DNA of 64,000 nt from an uncultured bacterium. GTDB taxonomy: Bacteria > Cloacimonadota > Cloacimonadia > Cloacimonadales > Cloacimonadaceae. Shown piece after piece: positions 28,864 to 38,513 of this stretch. Below the pieces are notes generated by a model. The model made no database searches. It was not told the origin of the DNA and saw only the letters and a list, made by a program, of their open reading frames with translations. Made by a program: the position numbers and the translations under genes. Each line of letters begins with the position of its first letter. The stretch's first letter is position 1. The stretch is from contig CALDSN010000098.1 of the NCBI GenBank assembly GCA_937924555.1, positions 28,976-92,975 on the forward strand, read 5' to 3'.

Positions 28864-30441
28864 ATGAAGATACTTAATAAGAACAGAAATACCGTCCTAA
28901 GCACTCTGTTACTGAAACTGGGGATAATCCTGCTGGTGCTGTTGGTTGCCGGGTATCTGAAGCTGAGGCTGGATCTATCCTATAACAAAGCCTATTCCCT
29001 CAGCGCAGTTAGCAAAGAGGCAGTACGCAGCCTGAAAGATAACATGGTACTAAAGATCTATGCCAGCGAAGAGCTGCCTCCCGAAATGAGCAAGCTGGAT
29101 AGATACTTCAAAGACCTGCTTACCGAGTATCGCATGGCAAGCCGGGGTAAGTTCCATTATGAGTTCATCCGGGGCTTAAGCATGGATGAACTGCGCACCC
29201 AAGCCGAAGAGAATGGCTTGAGCAGTATGTTCTTCAACATCTATGAGAACGATAAAACCACCAACAAAGAAGTTATCTATGGGGTGGTGTTTGAGTATCA
29301 GGGTAAGTTCGATTCCATGAACCTGCTTCCCCGCATAGAGCCGAAGCTGGAGTATGAGCTAACCCTTAAGGTGCAGAAGCTCTCCAAATACATCCTGCCG
29401 GAAATCTCTGTGTTCCGGGATTCGCTTTTCGTGCAATTACCTTCTAAGCGTTATGAGCAAGCCTTATTTTCCAACTATCAGGTGGTGGATACCGACCTGC
29501 TAACCCCTCCCAAACAGACGGATGTGATGATCTTTGGCGGAGTGTTGGACAGCCTGTCCATGACCCAGCTTTACAACTTGGATCAGTACGTGATGAAAGG
29601 GGGCAAGCTGTTGGTGATGCAAGACAGAGTTGCTACCGACGGCAGTGCTATCTTCCCGTTGGATTCGAATATCTTCCCCTTCCTGGAGAACTATGGGGTG
29701 CAGATTGATGAGAATATGGCAATGGATATCTATTGTGACATCCGTCAAATAGGGGTGGAGAACTCTTTGCCTTTCCCCATTTATCCGGTGCTACGCGGTT
29801 CCGATCACCCTATAACGCGTAATATTGCGGACATTGTAATGTATCTTTCCAATGGCTTACATTTTGTGAAGAAGGATGGTTTACGCTTCACACCTATCCT
29901 CCAAACCTCTGCAACCAGCGGGATACTGGAAGCACCGGACTTCCTTTTGGAAGAGAAGGTGTTCCGCAGCCCGGATCCACAGCTTTTCAGTAAACCTCCT
30001 ATCACCATGGGGGCTATTGTGGAAGGCAAGGCTAACAGCTTTTTTGCCGCTAAACCCGAGTACCAGAAGCCGGGCTTTGTGAAACAAACAGACAAGTTCC
30101 AGATGGTGGTGTATGGCGATAGAGACCTTAGTATTGATTCTGATAAAGAAATCTTTGCCGACCGCAATTACATTGTGCTGAACGCAGTGGATTGGATGCT
30201 GAAACGCAATTCCATGATCGCTATTCGCTCACGCCATATGCAAACAAGCATCCTCAACATCCCCTACTATATGCAGAAACACGAGATAGTATGGGGAGAT
30301 GTAGCCAAGATAGAGCGGAATATCAAGACAGGCATCAAGCTTGCCAGCACCGTTGTACCTTCCTTGTTGTTGATAGGCATAGGGTTGTTTATGGCATTAA
30401 GACGCAAGCAAATGCAAGGGTTTAAGAATGAAGAAGAATAA
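28864..30441 (+). CDS. GldG-like ABC transporter auxiliary component
   Basis: RLDLS..KAYSLS, LEYELT, LDQYVMKGGKLL, C-terminal TM. Confidence 0.85.
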   Translation: MKILNKNRNTVLSTLLLKLGIILLVLLVAGYLKLRLDLSYNKAYSLSAVSKEAVRSLKDNMVLKIYASEELPPEMSKLDRYFKDLLTEYRMASRGKFHYEFIRGLSMDELRTQAEENGLSSMFFNIYENDKTTNKEVIYGVVFEYQGKFDSMNLLPRIEPKLEYELTLKVQKLSKYILPEISVFRDSLFVQLPSKRYEQALFSNYQVVDTDLLTPPKQTDVMIFGGVLDSLSMTQLYNLDQYVMKGGKLLVMQDRVATDGSAIFPLDSNIFPFLENYGVQIDENMAMDIYCDIRQIGVENSLPFPIYPVLRGSDHPITRNIADIVMYLSNGLHFVKKDGLRFTPILQTSATSGILEAPDFLLEEKVFRSPDPQLFSKPPITMGAIVEGKANSFFAAKPEYQKPGFVKQTDKFQMVVYGDRDLSIDSDKEIFADRNYIVLNAVDWMLKRNSMIAIRSRHMQTSILNIPYYMQKHEIVWGDVAKIERNIKTGIKLASTVVPSLLLIGIGLFMALRRKQMQGFKNEEE

Positions 30442-31363
30442 GAAAGCACTGCTGATAGCCCTAATCCTGCTTTTTGTGATATACGTCGTTTTGCGTCTCA
30501 AGCGTCCCGAGGAAAAGCAAAGCCCTATCTTCGGGCTGGATTCATTGGCAATTGCCTCCATTGAGATGTATGACATGGCAGATACCTTGAAGCTGCAAAA
30601 GACCAAGGGCACCTGGAACCTGCTGTATCCCGTGGTGTGGAAGGCAGATACCCTGCGGGTAGGCGAACTATTCCACAAAGTGCTGATGGCAAAATCTCCC
30701 AAAACCGAAATGGGAGTTGGTAAACAAGCAGTGGACAACTTTCAACTGAATGACAGCCAAGCCCTTCATGTAATCATTGGAGACAGTAAGGGCAAGAAAA
30801 AGGTGCATGTGCTGTTCAGTAATATGGGTAATCCCTATGACTATTTCCGCTATGCCGGGGATGACAAGGTGTTCCAAATCAAGACCAAGGTGATGAATTC
30901 TTTTAGTCCTGATATTGCATATTGGCGGTCTCCGGATGTGGTGCAGCACACAGAAGAAGCCTTGGAAAGGATAGAGGTTAAACATCCCCAAAACAGCTAT
31001 ATCCTAACCCGTAAGGGCAGCAACTGGTTCTTCAAGGATGCGCTAAACGACTTTGCCATACCTTCCTCAAATCTGGCGATTATGAAGATTGTGCACCTCC
31101 TGAGCAATCTGGATTCGTTCGTGTTTATCGATGGCAATGACGCGAAATATAAGGATAAGTTCAAGGAACCTGCTTGTGAGGTTACTTTATACCTGTCCAA
31201 CAAGAGCACCCAGAAGCTCAGCTTTGCCCTACATGAGGACAAGAACTACCTGATGATGATTGATGATGACCCAACCGTGTTGTTCCTGGTCTCAACCGAT
31301 TCCGTATATCGTTTCTTACGGAGTGCAGAGATATTCAAGCTTAGAGGATACTTACAAGGATGA
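30428..31363 (+). CDS. DUF4340 domain protein
   Basis: N-terminal TM; W.L..P..WKAD; usual position after GldG-like gene. Confidence 0.75.
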   Translation: MKKNKKALLIALILLFVIYVVLRLKRPEEKQSPIFGLDSLAIASIEMYDMADTLKLQKTKGTWNLLYPVVWKADTLRVGELFHKVLMAKSPKTEMGVGKQAVDNFQLNDSQALHVIIGDSKGKKKVHVLFSNMGNPYDYFRYAGDDKVFQIKTKVMNSFSPDIAYWRSPDVVQHTEEALERIEVKHPQNSYILTRKGSNWFFKDALNDFAIPSSNLAIMKIVHLLSNLDSFVFIDGNDAKYKDKFKEPACEVTLYLSNKSTQKLSFALHEDKNYLMMIDDDPTVLFLVSTDSVYRFLRSAEIFKLRGYLQG

Positions 31364-31782
31364 TTACCATCAGCACCGTTACATCCTTGAACAGGGAAAC
31401 ATACACCCAGCTATTAGCTCTTTGGGATGAAGCAGGTATAAGCAACCCTGCCCGTAGCGACAGCTTTGAGGCAATCAATCACAGTTTAAGCAACGGTGGC
31501 ACTGTGCTAACGGCAACTGAGGGAGAAAACTTATTGGGCTCAGCTTGGCTCACTCACGACTTTCGCCGTCTCTATGTTCATCACATGGCAGTTATGCCCA
31601 AGCACCAGAACAAAGGCATCGGGGCATCGCTTATTACCAAAGCGTTGGAGATTGCGCACAGTTTAGGCTATCAAGCAAAGCTGGAAGTGCATAAGGATAA
31701 TCCATCCGCCAGGCATCTGTATAGAAAGTATGGCTTCACCGAGTTGGATGGGTATATTACTATGATAAAGAGAGATATCTAA
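31360..31782 (+). CDS. GNAT N-acetyltransferase
   Basis: MAVMPKHQNKGIG, N..ARHLYRKYGF. Confidence 0.9.
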   Translation: MITISTVTSLNRETYTQLLALWDEAGISNPARSDSFEAINHSLSNGGTVLTATEGENLLGSAWLTHDFRRLYVHHMAVMPKHQNKGIGASLITKALEIAHSLGYQAKLEVHKDNPSARHLYRKYGFTELDGYITMIKRDI

Positions 31783-31805
31783 ACAGCCGCTACGAGGAGT
31801 TTAGC

Positions 31806-32903
31806 ATGAAGAAGAGAGTTCTTGTCGCCACCGGTGGAGGTGACTGCCCCGGTTTGAATGCCGTTATCCGCGCCATAGTGAAACGTGCCTCCCGTGAGCA
31901 TAACTGGGAGATAATCGGCAGCATCGATGCCTTCGATGGCTTGCTGCGAGACCCTATGCACTTGGTTGAACTAACCCCGGAAAAGGTTGCCGGCATACAT
32001 GTGCAAGGCGGCACCATAATTGGCACCACCAACAAGGGCGGTCCTTTTGCCTGGCCCATCAAGAATGCAGATGGCACCTGGGATACGGTGGATAGAAGCA
32101 AGGACTTCATGGATAGGCTTCGCTATCAGAACATCGATGCCGTAATCAATATCGGCGGTGATGGTTCCCAGCGTATTTCGCAACAGCTTTTCGAGCTTGG
32201 CTGCCCCATTATTGGAGTGCCCAAGACCATAGATAATGACCTTAGCCTCACGGATTTTACCTTCGGGTTCCAAACTGCCGTGGATATCGCCACGGATGCC
32301 GTGGACAAGCTGGTAACAACCGCTGCCAGTCACCACAGAGTGCTCATTCTGGAAGTTATGGGACGTTATGCGGGCTGGATTGCTCTGCATGCCTCCATCG
32401 CAGGCGGGGCAGAGGTGTGCCTTATTCCTGAGATTCCTTATGATATCAATAAGGTTATGGAAGCCTTGAACACCCGCATCGACAACGGTAAAGGTTTTGC
32501 CAACATCGTTATTGCCGAGGGTGCCATGCCCATCGCCGGAGAAATGACCTTTTCCGAGAACGACACTCCCGGAGCGATGAAGATTCGCTTGGGTGGTGCC
32601 GGATTGCGCCTCTCCCAGGAGCTTAAAGATGCTGGCTGCAGCATTGAGATTAGAGAAACCATCCTCGGTCACCTTCAACGCGGAGGCAGTCCCAATGCCT
32701 TCGACCGCATCCTTGCCTCCCAATTCGGGGTAAAAGCCTTTGAGCTGGTGTTGGAGCAGAAGTGGGGGCACATGGTGGCATACCGGCATCCAAATATTGT
32801 CGCTGTTCCAATTAAAGAAGCCATTCAAGAGTATAACCTGGTGGATACAAAATCTGACCTGATGAACACCGCCAGAGGCATGGGTATCTGCTTGGGGGAT
32901 TGA
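31806..32903 (+). CDS. pfkA: 6-phosphofructokinase (ATP-dependent, G104/K124 type)
   Basis: TGGGDCPGLN, GGTIIGT, IGGDGS, PKTIDND, EVMGRYAGW, LGHLQRGG. Confidence 0.95.
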   Translation: MKKRVLVATGGGDCPGLNAVIRAIVKRASREHNWEIIGSIDAFDGLLRDPMHLVELTPEKVAGIHVQGGTIIGTTNKGGPFAWPIKNADGTWDTVDRSKDFMDRLRYQNIDAVINIGGDGSQRISQQLFELGCPIIGVPKTIDNDLSLTDFTFGFQTAVDIATDAVDKLVTTAASHHRVLILEVMGRYAGWIALHASIAGGAEVCLIPEIPYDINKVMEALNTRIDNGKGFANIVIAEGAMPIAGEMTFSENDTPGAMKIRLGGAGLRLSQELKDAGCSIEIRETILGHLQRGGSPNAFDRILASQFGVKAFELVLEQKWGHMVAYRHPNIVAVPIKEAIQEYNLVDTKSDLMNTARGMGICLGD

Positions 32904-32932
32904 GTGTAAACATTATTCACTTTTAAGTTCTG

Positions 32933-32970
32933 AAACCGCAACCAATTGATTAGGCTGCGGTTTTTTTTTT
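32933..32970 (+). terminator. Intrinsic terminator after pfkA
   Basis: AAACCGCAACC...GGCTGCGG followed by T10. Confidence 0.85.
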
Positions 32971-33027
32971 GCGGGGTTCATTCTTCTCCCCTCCATTTCC
33001 TTTAAGCTTCCTTGCAGATTTCAGTAT

Positions 33028-33099
33028 TCATTCTTAGTTGATTCCCTCGTGATTCCCTCATCCGACCCGGGAGTCACGAGGGAGTCACGAGGGAGTGAT
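33028..33099. repeat. Palindromic repeat family B, copy 2
   Basis: (T/G)TGATTCCCTC x2, then CCGGGAGTCAC GAGGGAGTCAC GAGGGAGTGAT. Confidence 0.88.
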
Positions 33100-33321
33100 G
33101 TGGCTTGGCAGCAGGTGAGGTGTAGCGAGAAAGTTCTTGACAGATTGCCTTTGCCAATTATCTTGTAGCTATACATCAAAGAGATAAAGCAATCCAAAAA
33201 TCCAATAACCCTCATTAGGGTTTATTATTTGGCAAAACAACCAAAGTTACCATGCCCAATGGGCTTGAACGCTATCTACAAAAGTGGTTATGAAAATCGC
33301 ATAAACCACGGAGCAGGATGA

Positions 33322-34158
33322 ATGATTAAAGAAATGGGACGTCTTAACATAGACGACTTTAAGTTTCTGGATGCATCGGTGGAGAAAATCTTCCGTAATG
33401 TGGAAAAAGGCAAATTCGCCTTGGCAGAAAAACAAATAATTGAAATCGGCAACACAGCTAACTACTTTGTGCGCGAAGAACTGGGCAAAAGGTTAGCTCA
33501 ATATTCCGGCAATGGCGAAATGGATGAAATATGCAGTCATTTGCTGGATAACTTCATCTATGGGGTGCGGGCAACCGGACTTTTTTACTTCTATTACAAG
33601 CACCAAAGCCGTCCGGAAGTGATAGTTAAAACTATCGAAAAGACCTTTGAGAGTGTGCCTTGGGAATCCGAAACCATCTGTTTTGACATGTGGAAAAAGG
33701 CTCCCGAAGTGATGAAGGAACATATGCCCCGCTGGGCTGAATCCCCCAACGAAAAGAAACGTGCCATCAGTATGCATGGCATGGAAAATATAGCCTCACG
33801 GCACCCCCAATATATCCTAACCTTTATCTCCAATCTATTGGATGACGAAAGCGAAGAAGTGCAGAAGAAGATAAGCCACATCCTTACTCAAGTGGGACGT
33901 CAACGCCCTCTGCAATGCTACAGCAATGTTCGCCGTTGGCTAATCGATGCCGATGAAAAGCGCATCCGCACCATCTGGCAGACCATGAAGAAGCTGGCTA
34001 ACATCTTCACCCAAAAGAGCAAAAGGGACAAATCAGCAGACTTTATCAACATTACCCAGCGCACTGTTCACGAATGGAGAAACGACCCCAATCACAATGT
34101 CTCCAGTATGGGAAACAAGCTTGCCGGGTTAATGAACATAAAAAGTAAGAAATCGTAG
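33322..34158 (+). CDS. HEAT-repeat protein, DNA alkylation repair-like
   Basis: All-helical, repeated W..S.NE..R / L.DESEEVQK.ISH.L patterns. Confidence 0.55.
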   Translation: MIKEMGRLNIDDFKFLDASVEKIFRNVEKGKFALAEKQIIEIGNTANYFVREELGKRLAQYSGNGEMDEICSHLLDNFIYGVRATGLFYFYYKHQSRPEVIVKTIEKTFESVPWESETICFDMWKKAPEVMKEHMPRWAESPNEKKRAISMHGMENIASRHPQYILTFISNLLDDESEEVQKKISHILTQVGRQRPLQCYSNVRRWLIDADEKRIRTIWQTMKKLANIFTQKSKRDKSADFINITQRTVHEWRNDPNHNVSSMGNKLAGLMNIKSKKS

Positions 34159-34168
34159 GGTAACAAAC

Positions 34169-34960
34169 TTGGCGGAACAGGGTCTTTCCCGCATTGCCAT
34201 CATCCTTGTAGAGCCTATCTACAGCGGTAATGTTGGGGCAATTGCCAGAATCATGAATAACTTCGGGGTGAGCGAATTGCGCATCGTGGGCAAGGTGCCG
34301 GAGAAGAACGACTTTTACCTCGCCATGCACTCCGGGCACATCCTGGAGCAAGCAAAGACCTTTGATACTTTGGAAGAGGCAATTGCCGGGTTGGACAGGG
34401 TTATCGCCTTCTCCCGCCGCATTGGAAAAACTAAGCCCATGGACATGAATCCCCGCGAGATGGCACGCTATGTGCACGCTTTACCCAAGCTGAACATTGG
34501 CTTGGTGTTTGGCAGAGAAACTTCCGGTTTAACCGATAAAGAAGCGGATTTATGCGAGTTTCGTTGCCACTTCCCTGCGAATCCCGAGTTCCCCTCTATC
34601 AACCTGGCGCAAGCAGTGGCATTGGCTATCTGGGAACTGTATGCTTTGCCCATGGACGAACAGGCAAAGATTAACGCCAAACTGCACGCAGTTAGCGGAG
34701 AAGAGCTGGATAGCATCCGCAATTATATGCTGGAAGTGATGCAGGCGATAGGCTTCTTCCGCAGCTATGAGAGCACGAATTGGGAAGGCTTCCTGAAAAA
34801 GATGATGGCGCAGCTTAACCCCAATAAAACCATGCTGTACAGATTCAGACAGATGTTTAACCGCTTCCATGTGCTGGTTACAGGAAAAGGTCTGGGCTAT
34901 GGTTCGGAAATTGCTGTCCAAAAGACTGATGATATAACAGAGGAAGCAGGAGAGAAATAA
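34169..34960 (+). CDS. trmJ: tRNA (C/U32-2'-O)-methyltransferase TrmJ, SPOUT family
   Basis: ILVEP..SGNVGAIARIMNNFG, VFGRETSGL, SINLAQAV. Confidence 0.88.
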   Translation: MAEQGLSRIAIILVEPIYSGNVGAIARIMNNFGVSELRIVGKVPEKNDFYLAMHSGHILEQAKTFDTLEEAIAGLDRVIAFSRRIGKTKPMDMNPREMARYVHALPKLNIGLVFGRETSGLTDKEADLCEFRCHFPANPEFPSINLAQAVALAIWELYALPMDEQAKINAKLHAVSGEELDSIRNYMLEVMQAIGFFRSYESTNWEGFLKKMMAQLNPNKTMLYRFRQMFNRFHVLVTGKGLGYGSEIAVQKTDDITEEAGEK

Positions 34961-34997
34961 CTTACAAACAGAGCTTCCTAAGGTAAGGAGCTTGATG

Positions 34998-35744
34998 ATG
35001 GCGAGCAAAAGTGATGCTAAGTTTGCAGATATCCAAAGGGAAGTTGCAGCTTATTGCAGCGAACACGGCGACCCCGTATTGGTGGCGAAGTATAGCCGCT
35101 ATTTCAGAGAAGGCTATGATGCCTATGGGCTTAGCGAAGAGAAAGTGCATACACTTCGCGACAATATATCCTCCAAGTACAATCTAAACTGCAAGGAAAT
35201 TATCCGCTTGGGCGAACAGCTTTTACAACCGGGGAAGTATGAATATGGCACGGTGGCGATTCTCCTTCTGATGAAGCAGACCGCAGCCTACGATGCAGAT
35301 ACTCTGCAGGGAGTGAAAAGCTGGTTTGATTCAGGTGTTAACAATTGGGCTCACTCGGACATCCTGTGCTCGCGGGTAACTCCGGTGTTCCTGGAAAAGG
35401 GAATTGCCCCTTTGGAAAGCTTTGCCTCATGGCGAAAAGCTGAGAGCAGATGGACCAGACGTGCCGTGCCCGTAACCATGCTTTGCCTGCGTAAGACAGC
35501 AAATCCGCAGGAACTGCTCAGCTTCCTTAACCCGATGATGGACGATGCGGAAAGAGTGGTGCACCAAGGTTTGGGCTGGTTCCTTAGAGAGCTGTGGAAA
35601 TTACACCCGCAGCCTGTGGAAGACTTCCTGCTGCAACATAAGAACCATTGTGCCAGGCTAATTATCCAATACGCCACAGAAAAGATGACTTCGGAGCATA
35701 AACTCCGCTTTCGCAAAGATAAGATTAAGAAGGGATTGATATGA
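34998..35744 (+). CDS. DNA alkylation repair protein (AlkD-like HEAT)
   Basis: VNNWAHSD, WTRRAV, VHQGLGWFLRE, LIIQYATEK; RBS AAGGAG. Confidence 0.8.
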   Translation: MASKSDAKFADIQREVAAYCSEHGDPVLVAKYSRYFREGYDAYGLSEEKVHTLRDNISSKYNLNCKEIIRLGEQLLQPGKYEYGTVAILLLMKQTAAYDADTLQGVKSWFDSGVNNWAHSDILCSRVTPVFLEKGIAPLESFASWRKAESRWTRRAVPVTMLCLRKTANPQELLSFLNPMMDDAERVVHQGLGWFLRELWKLHPQPVEDFLLQHKNHCARLIIQYATEKMTSEHKLRFRKDKIKKGLI

Positions 35745-38476
35745 AACGCATATTTGTTATTTTGTTAATGCTGATAAGCCTAAGCTCGCTTGTTTATGGC
35801 TTGCAACTGGTAGTGCCATTTGAGGTCCCCGCTGAGGGATTTGATTCCATAACTTTAGCTAAGCTTGGCTATGGCAGCACGGTTAACCCCGGTAGTATGC
35901 AAATGCCGGTTAAAAGCATAAATGTGTTGCTGCCTCCGGGAGCTAAAGTGTTGGATTATACTATCACTTTAACAAGCCCCAAGCCTGTAATGGGATATGC
36001 GCCAGTGCGCAACAATGCCTTTAGTGACGGGGATAAGCTGCTCAGTAGGGCTAATGATGACCGCACACTTCCTGCATCTGTGTATCTTGGGATGCGAAAA
36101 TGGGGAGAGCTATGCTATGCAGCATTTAATGTTCTGCCGGCAACTTGGGACGGAGCTATGTGGCAATGGAGCCCTTCCTGCACTATAGATATCAGTTTCA
36201 GCCAAAGCAAAGCCACAGGCAAGATACCCTCCAGTTTTACTGATAACAGCTTCTTTGCCAACCCCGGCGCAATAAATAAATGGTACACGAAGGACACCCA
36301 GCGTAACTATGACATATTGGTGATTGGAACCCCCGAACTGTATGCCGCCATGTCAAGCTGGGTGAGCTTCCGCTTCAATCAGGGCTTGCAGGTAAGCTTC
36401 ACCGAGATTGCCACTGCCCTCAGCCAGGGAACGGGTACTTCTAATGCTGAGAAGCTGCGTAGCTACTTGCAAAGCCAGTATAGCAGCAATAACTTCTGCT
36501 ATCTGCTGCTCTTGGGAGATTATAACACCATCCCGGTTGCCTACCTTACTCCGGAACCGGATGGTTGGGACCAAGTACCTTCAGACTTCTTCTATGGAGA
36601 CCTCAGCAGCAATTGGGATAGCGATAATGACGGGCGATTGGGGGAATACTCCGGCGGGAACCTGAACCAAGACTATGAAGTGGACTTCACCCCTGAGGTG
36701 TTTGTGGGAAGGCTTTCCACCAATAGTCCTGCATTGATGGCAAACATAGCAGGCAGGATTGTTGCCTACGAGCAAAGCACAGAGCCATGGAAGCAGAAAA
36801 ACCTGCTGCCAGCGGCGTATCTGAACTATAATAACGAGCCGGAAGCAGGTTTGTCCGCCACGGACGGTGCGGACTTCATGGAATATGTTAGGGATACAGC
36901 CCTGGCGGGACAGCAGAACTTCAGCATGTATGAACAGCTTGGAGTGGTGCCTTCCTATCCGGGTGACCTTGCTCTCTCAGAGGAGAACTTCCGCGAGGTG
37001 CTGAATACCCAAAGCTGGGGGATGATAAACTGGAGCGCTCATGGCAGCGGGACATCCTCGGCACGTAAGATATGGATGGACGACATCAACGAGGATAATT
37101 TCCCTGATCAGGACGAGATGACATGGATGGGCTTGGTGGATAGAAGCAGCTTTGACAATCTGGATACCAACACAGGAACGGTCATCTTTGCCGCTTCCTG
37201 CTATAATGGGCTTATCGATGCTGATGAGCCTTGCTTGGCGGAATACGCCTTGCAAAAGAGAGCCGTGGGGGTTCTGGGTGCCACGCGCACGGGTTGGTAT
37301 AAGGTGGGTTGGCGCAACCCGGGATGGGGTGGGCTAAGCTCTTACAACTACCATTTCTTGGAGAACTTCCGCCAAACAGGGATGGATTTGGGCACTTCGC
37401 ATGCCTATACCAACCTGTTACATACTCGCTATTACCTCTTTGGAGATCCGCTGGATTCGGGAGGGATAATATGGCCTGAACTGCAGAACGTATATGCCTA
37501 CCTGCTGTTTGGTGATCCCTTGATTGGCTATACTCCCAACCCAATCCCTCCCCAAGGAGAAGTGTTGGTGTGGGAACCCACAGGACAGCAAGGCATTGCA
37601 GTGGTAAACGCCCTGCGTGAAACTCTCAACATGAATGTTATCTACACAGATAAGCTTATCCCGGATTATGATTATATCCATAACTTTGCTGCGGTGTTCT
37701 GTCTCTTGGGCTTAGGCGAGGATACTTACGAGCTTGAGCCTGATTCATTCGAGCATAGCCTGTTAAACAGCTATCTTGAGGAAGGGGGAAGCCTGTATCT
37801 GGAACGAGGCTCGATTCCCAATACCATCATCTCACCTCTCTGGGCTAAGCTTGGTGCAAGTTCCTTGCCAAATGCCGTAACTCCCATACAAAGCATCAGG
37901 CACCTTAGCTCCAATATGACATGGCAATATGATGCTACATCAACCCTTGCTCAGGCACTTACACCAGCATCTGACTCTGCTTTACCCTTGTTTGCCACAA
38001 ACAATATGGATCCCATCGATGCCTACCTCTCCATCTGGAACAGCAATGGTTTGTATCACAGTATTGCTTCATCCTTCTCGCTTGCAAGAGTGTTGGAGGG
38101 AGAAAATAGCCTTGCAGATATGCTGAGTATTGTGTGTGACACTTTGGGAATTAGCACGGGTAACCCATCTTCTGTGCAGGATGAAACTAATATCATGCCC
38201 ATCCGGAGGGTGAGTTCATATCCCAATCCCGGAAGGGGAACTGTGCACTTTGCTCTTAGTAACATCAAGGGAGTGCCCATTGAACTGAATATCTATAACA
38301 TCAAGGGGCAATTGGTGAGAGGCTTGGCTTCCCCTGCAGGTTCCTCCGATACAATCCGGTTACTATGGGATTGCCGTGATTCCGCCGGTAGAGCTTGTGG
38401 TAGTGGAATATACCTTTATCACGCAAGGGTTGGTGATATTAGTATTAGTGGTAAGCAAATCCTGCTAAAGCAATAG
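35741..38476 (+). CDS. Peptidase C25 (gingipain-like) with propeptide and T9SS-type C-terminal domain
   Basis: LLLGD, SDFFY, VFVGRL, catalytic WSAHG and SCYNG, YPNP...GIYLY. Confidence 0.88.
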   Translation: MKRIFVILLMLISLSSLVYGLQLVVPFEVPAEGFDSITLAKLGYGSTVNPGSMQMPVKSINVLLPPGAKVLDYTITLTSPKPVMGYAPVRNNAFSDGDKLLSRANDDRTLPASVYLGMRKWGELCYAAFNVLPATWDGAMWQWSPSCTIDISFSQSKATGKIPSSFTDNSFFANPGAINKWYTKDTQRNYDILVIGTPELYAAMSSWVSFRFNQGLQVSFTEIATALSQGTGTSNAEKLRSYLQSQYSSNNFCYLLLLGDYNTIPVAYLTPEPDGWDQVPSDFFYGDLSSNWDSDNDGRLGEYSGGNLNQDYEVDFTPEVFVGRLSTNSPALMANIAGRIVAYEQSTEPWKQKNLLPAAYLNYNNEPEAGLSATDGADFMEYVRDTALAGQQNFSMYEQLGVVPSYPGDLALSEENFREVLNTQSWGMINWSAHGSGTSSARKIWMDDINEDNFPDQDEMTWMGLVDRSSFDNLDTNTGTVIFAASCYNGLIDADEPCLAEYALQKRAVGVLGATRTGWYKVGWRNPGWGGLSSYNYHFLENFRQTGMDLGTSHAYTNLLHTRYYLFGDPLDSGGIIWPELQNVYAYLLFGDPLIGYTPNPIPPQGEVLVWEPTGQQGIAVVNALRETLNMNVIYTDKLIPDYDYIHNFAAVFCLLGLGEDTYELEPDSFEHSLLNSYLEEGGSLYLERGSIPNTIISPLWAKLGASSLPNAVTPIQSIRHLSSNMTWQYDATSTLAQALTPASDSALPLFATNNMDPIDAYLSIWNSNGLYHSIASSFSLARVLEGENSLADMLSIVCDTLGISTGNPSSVQDETNIMPIRRVSSYPNPGRGTVHFALSNIKGVPIELNIYNIKGQLVRGLASPAGSSDTIRLLWDCRDSAGRACGSGIYLYHARVGDISISGKQILLKQ

Positions 38477-38513
38477 ACTTTGTCCTTTTAAGGGAGAGGC
38501 TTACACCTTCTGT

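Noticed and set aside
27160-31363. Gliding motility inferred from GldA/F/G-like genes
   Set aside because: These ABC-2 modules are widespread in non-gliding bacteria; no gldK/L/M/N or sprB in the window
31971-32828. 285-aa minus-strand ORF
   Set aside because: Antisense shadow of pfkA
33229-33321. In-frame upstream ORF ending in TGA just before ATG 33322 (possible readthrough or Sec)
   Set aside because: Own RBS (GGAG) precedes 33322, no SECIS-like hairpin seen, upstream peptide has no recognisable motif
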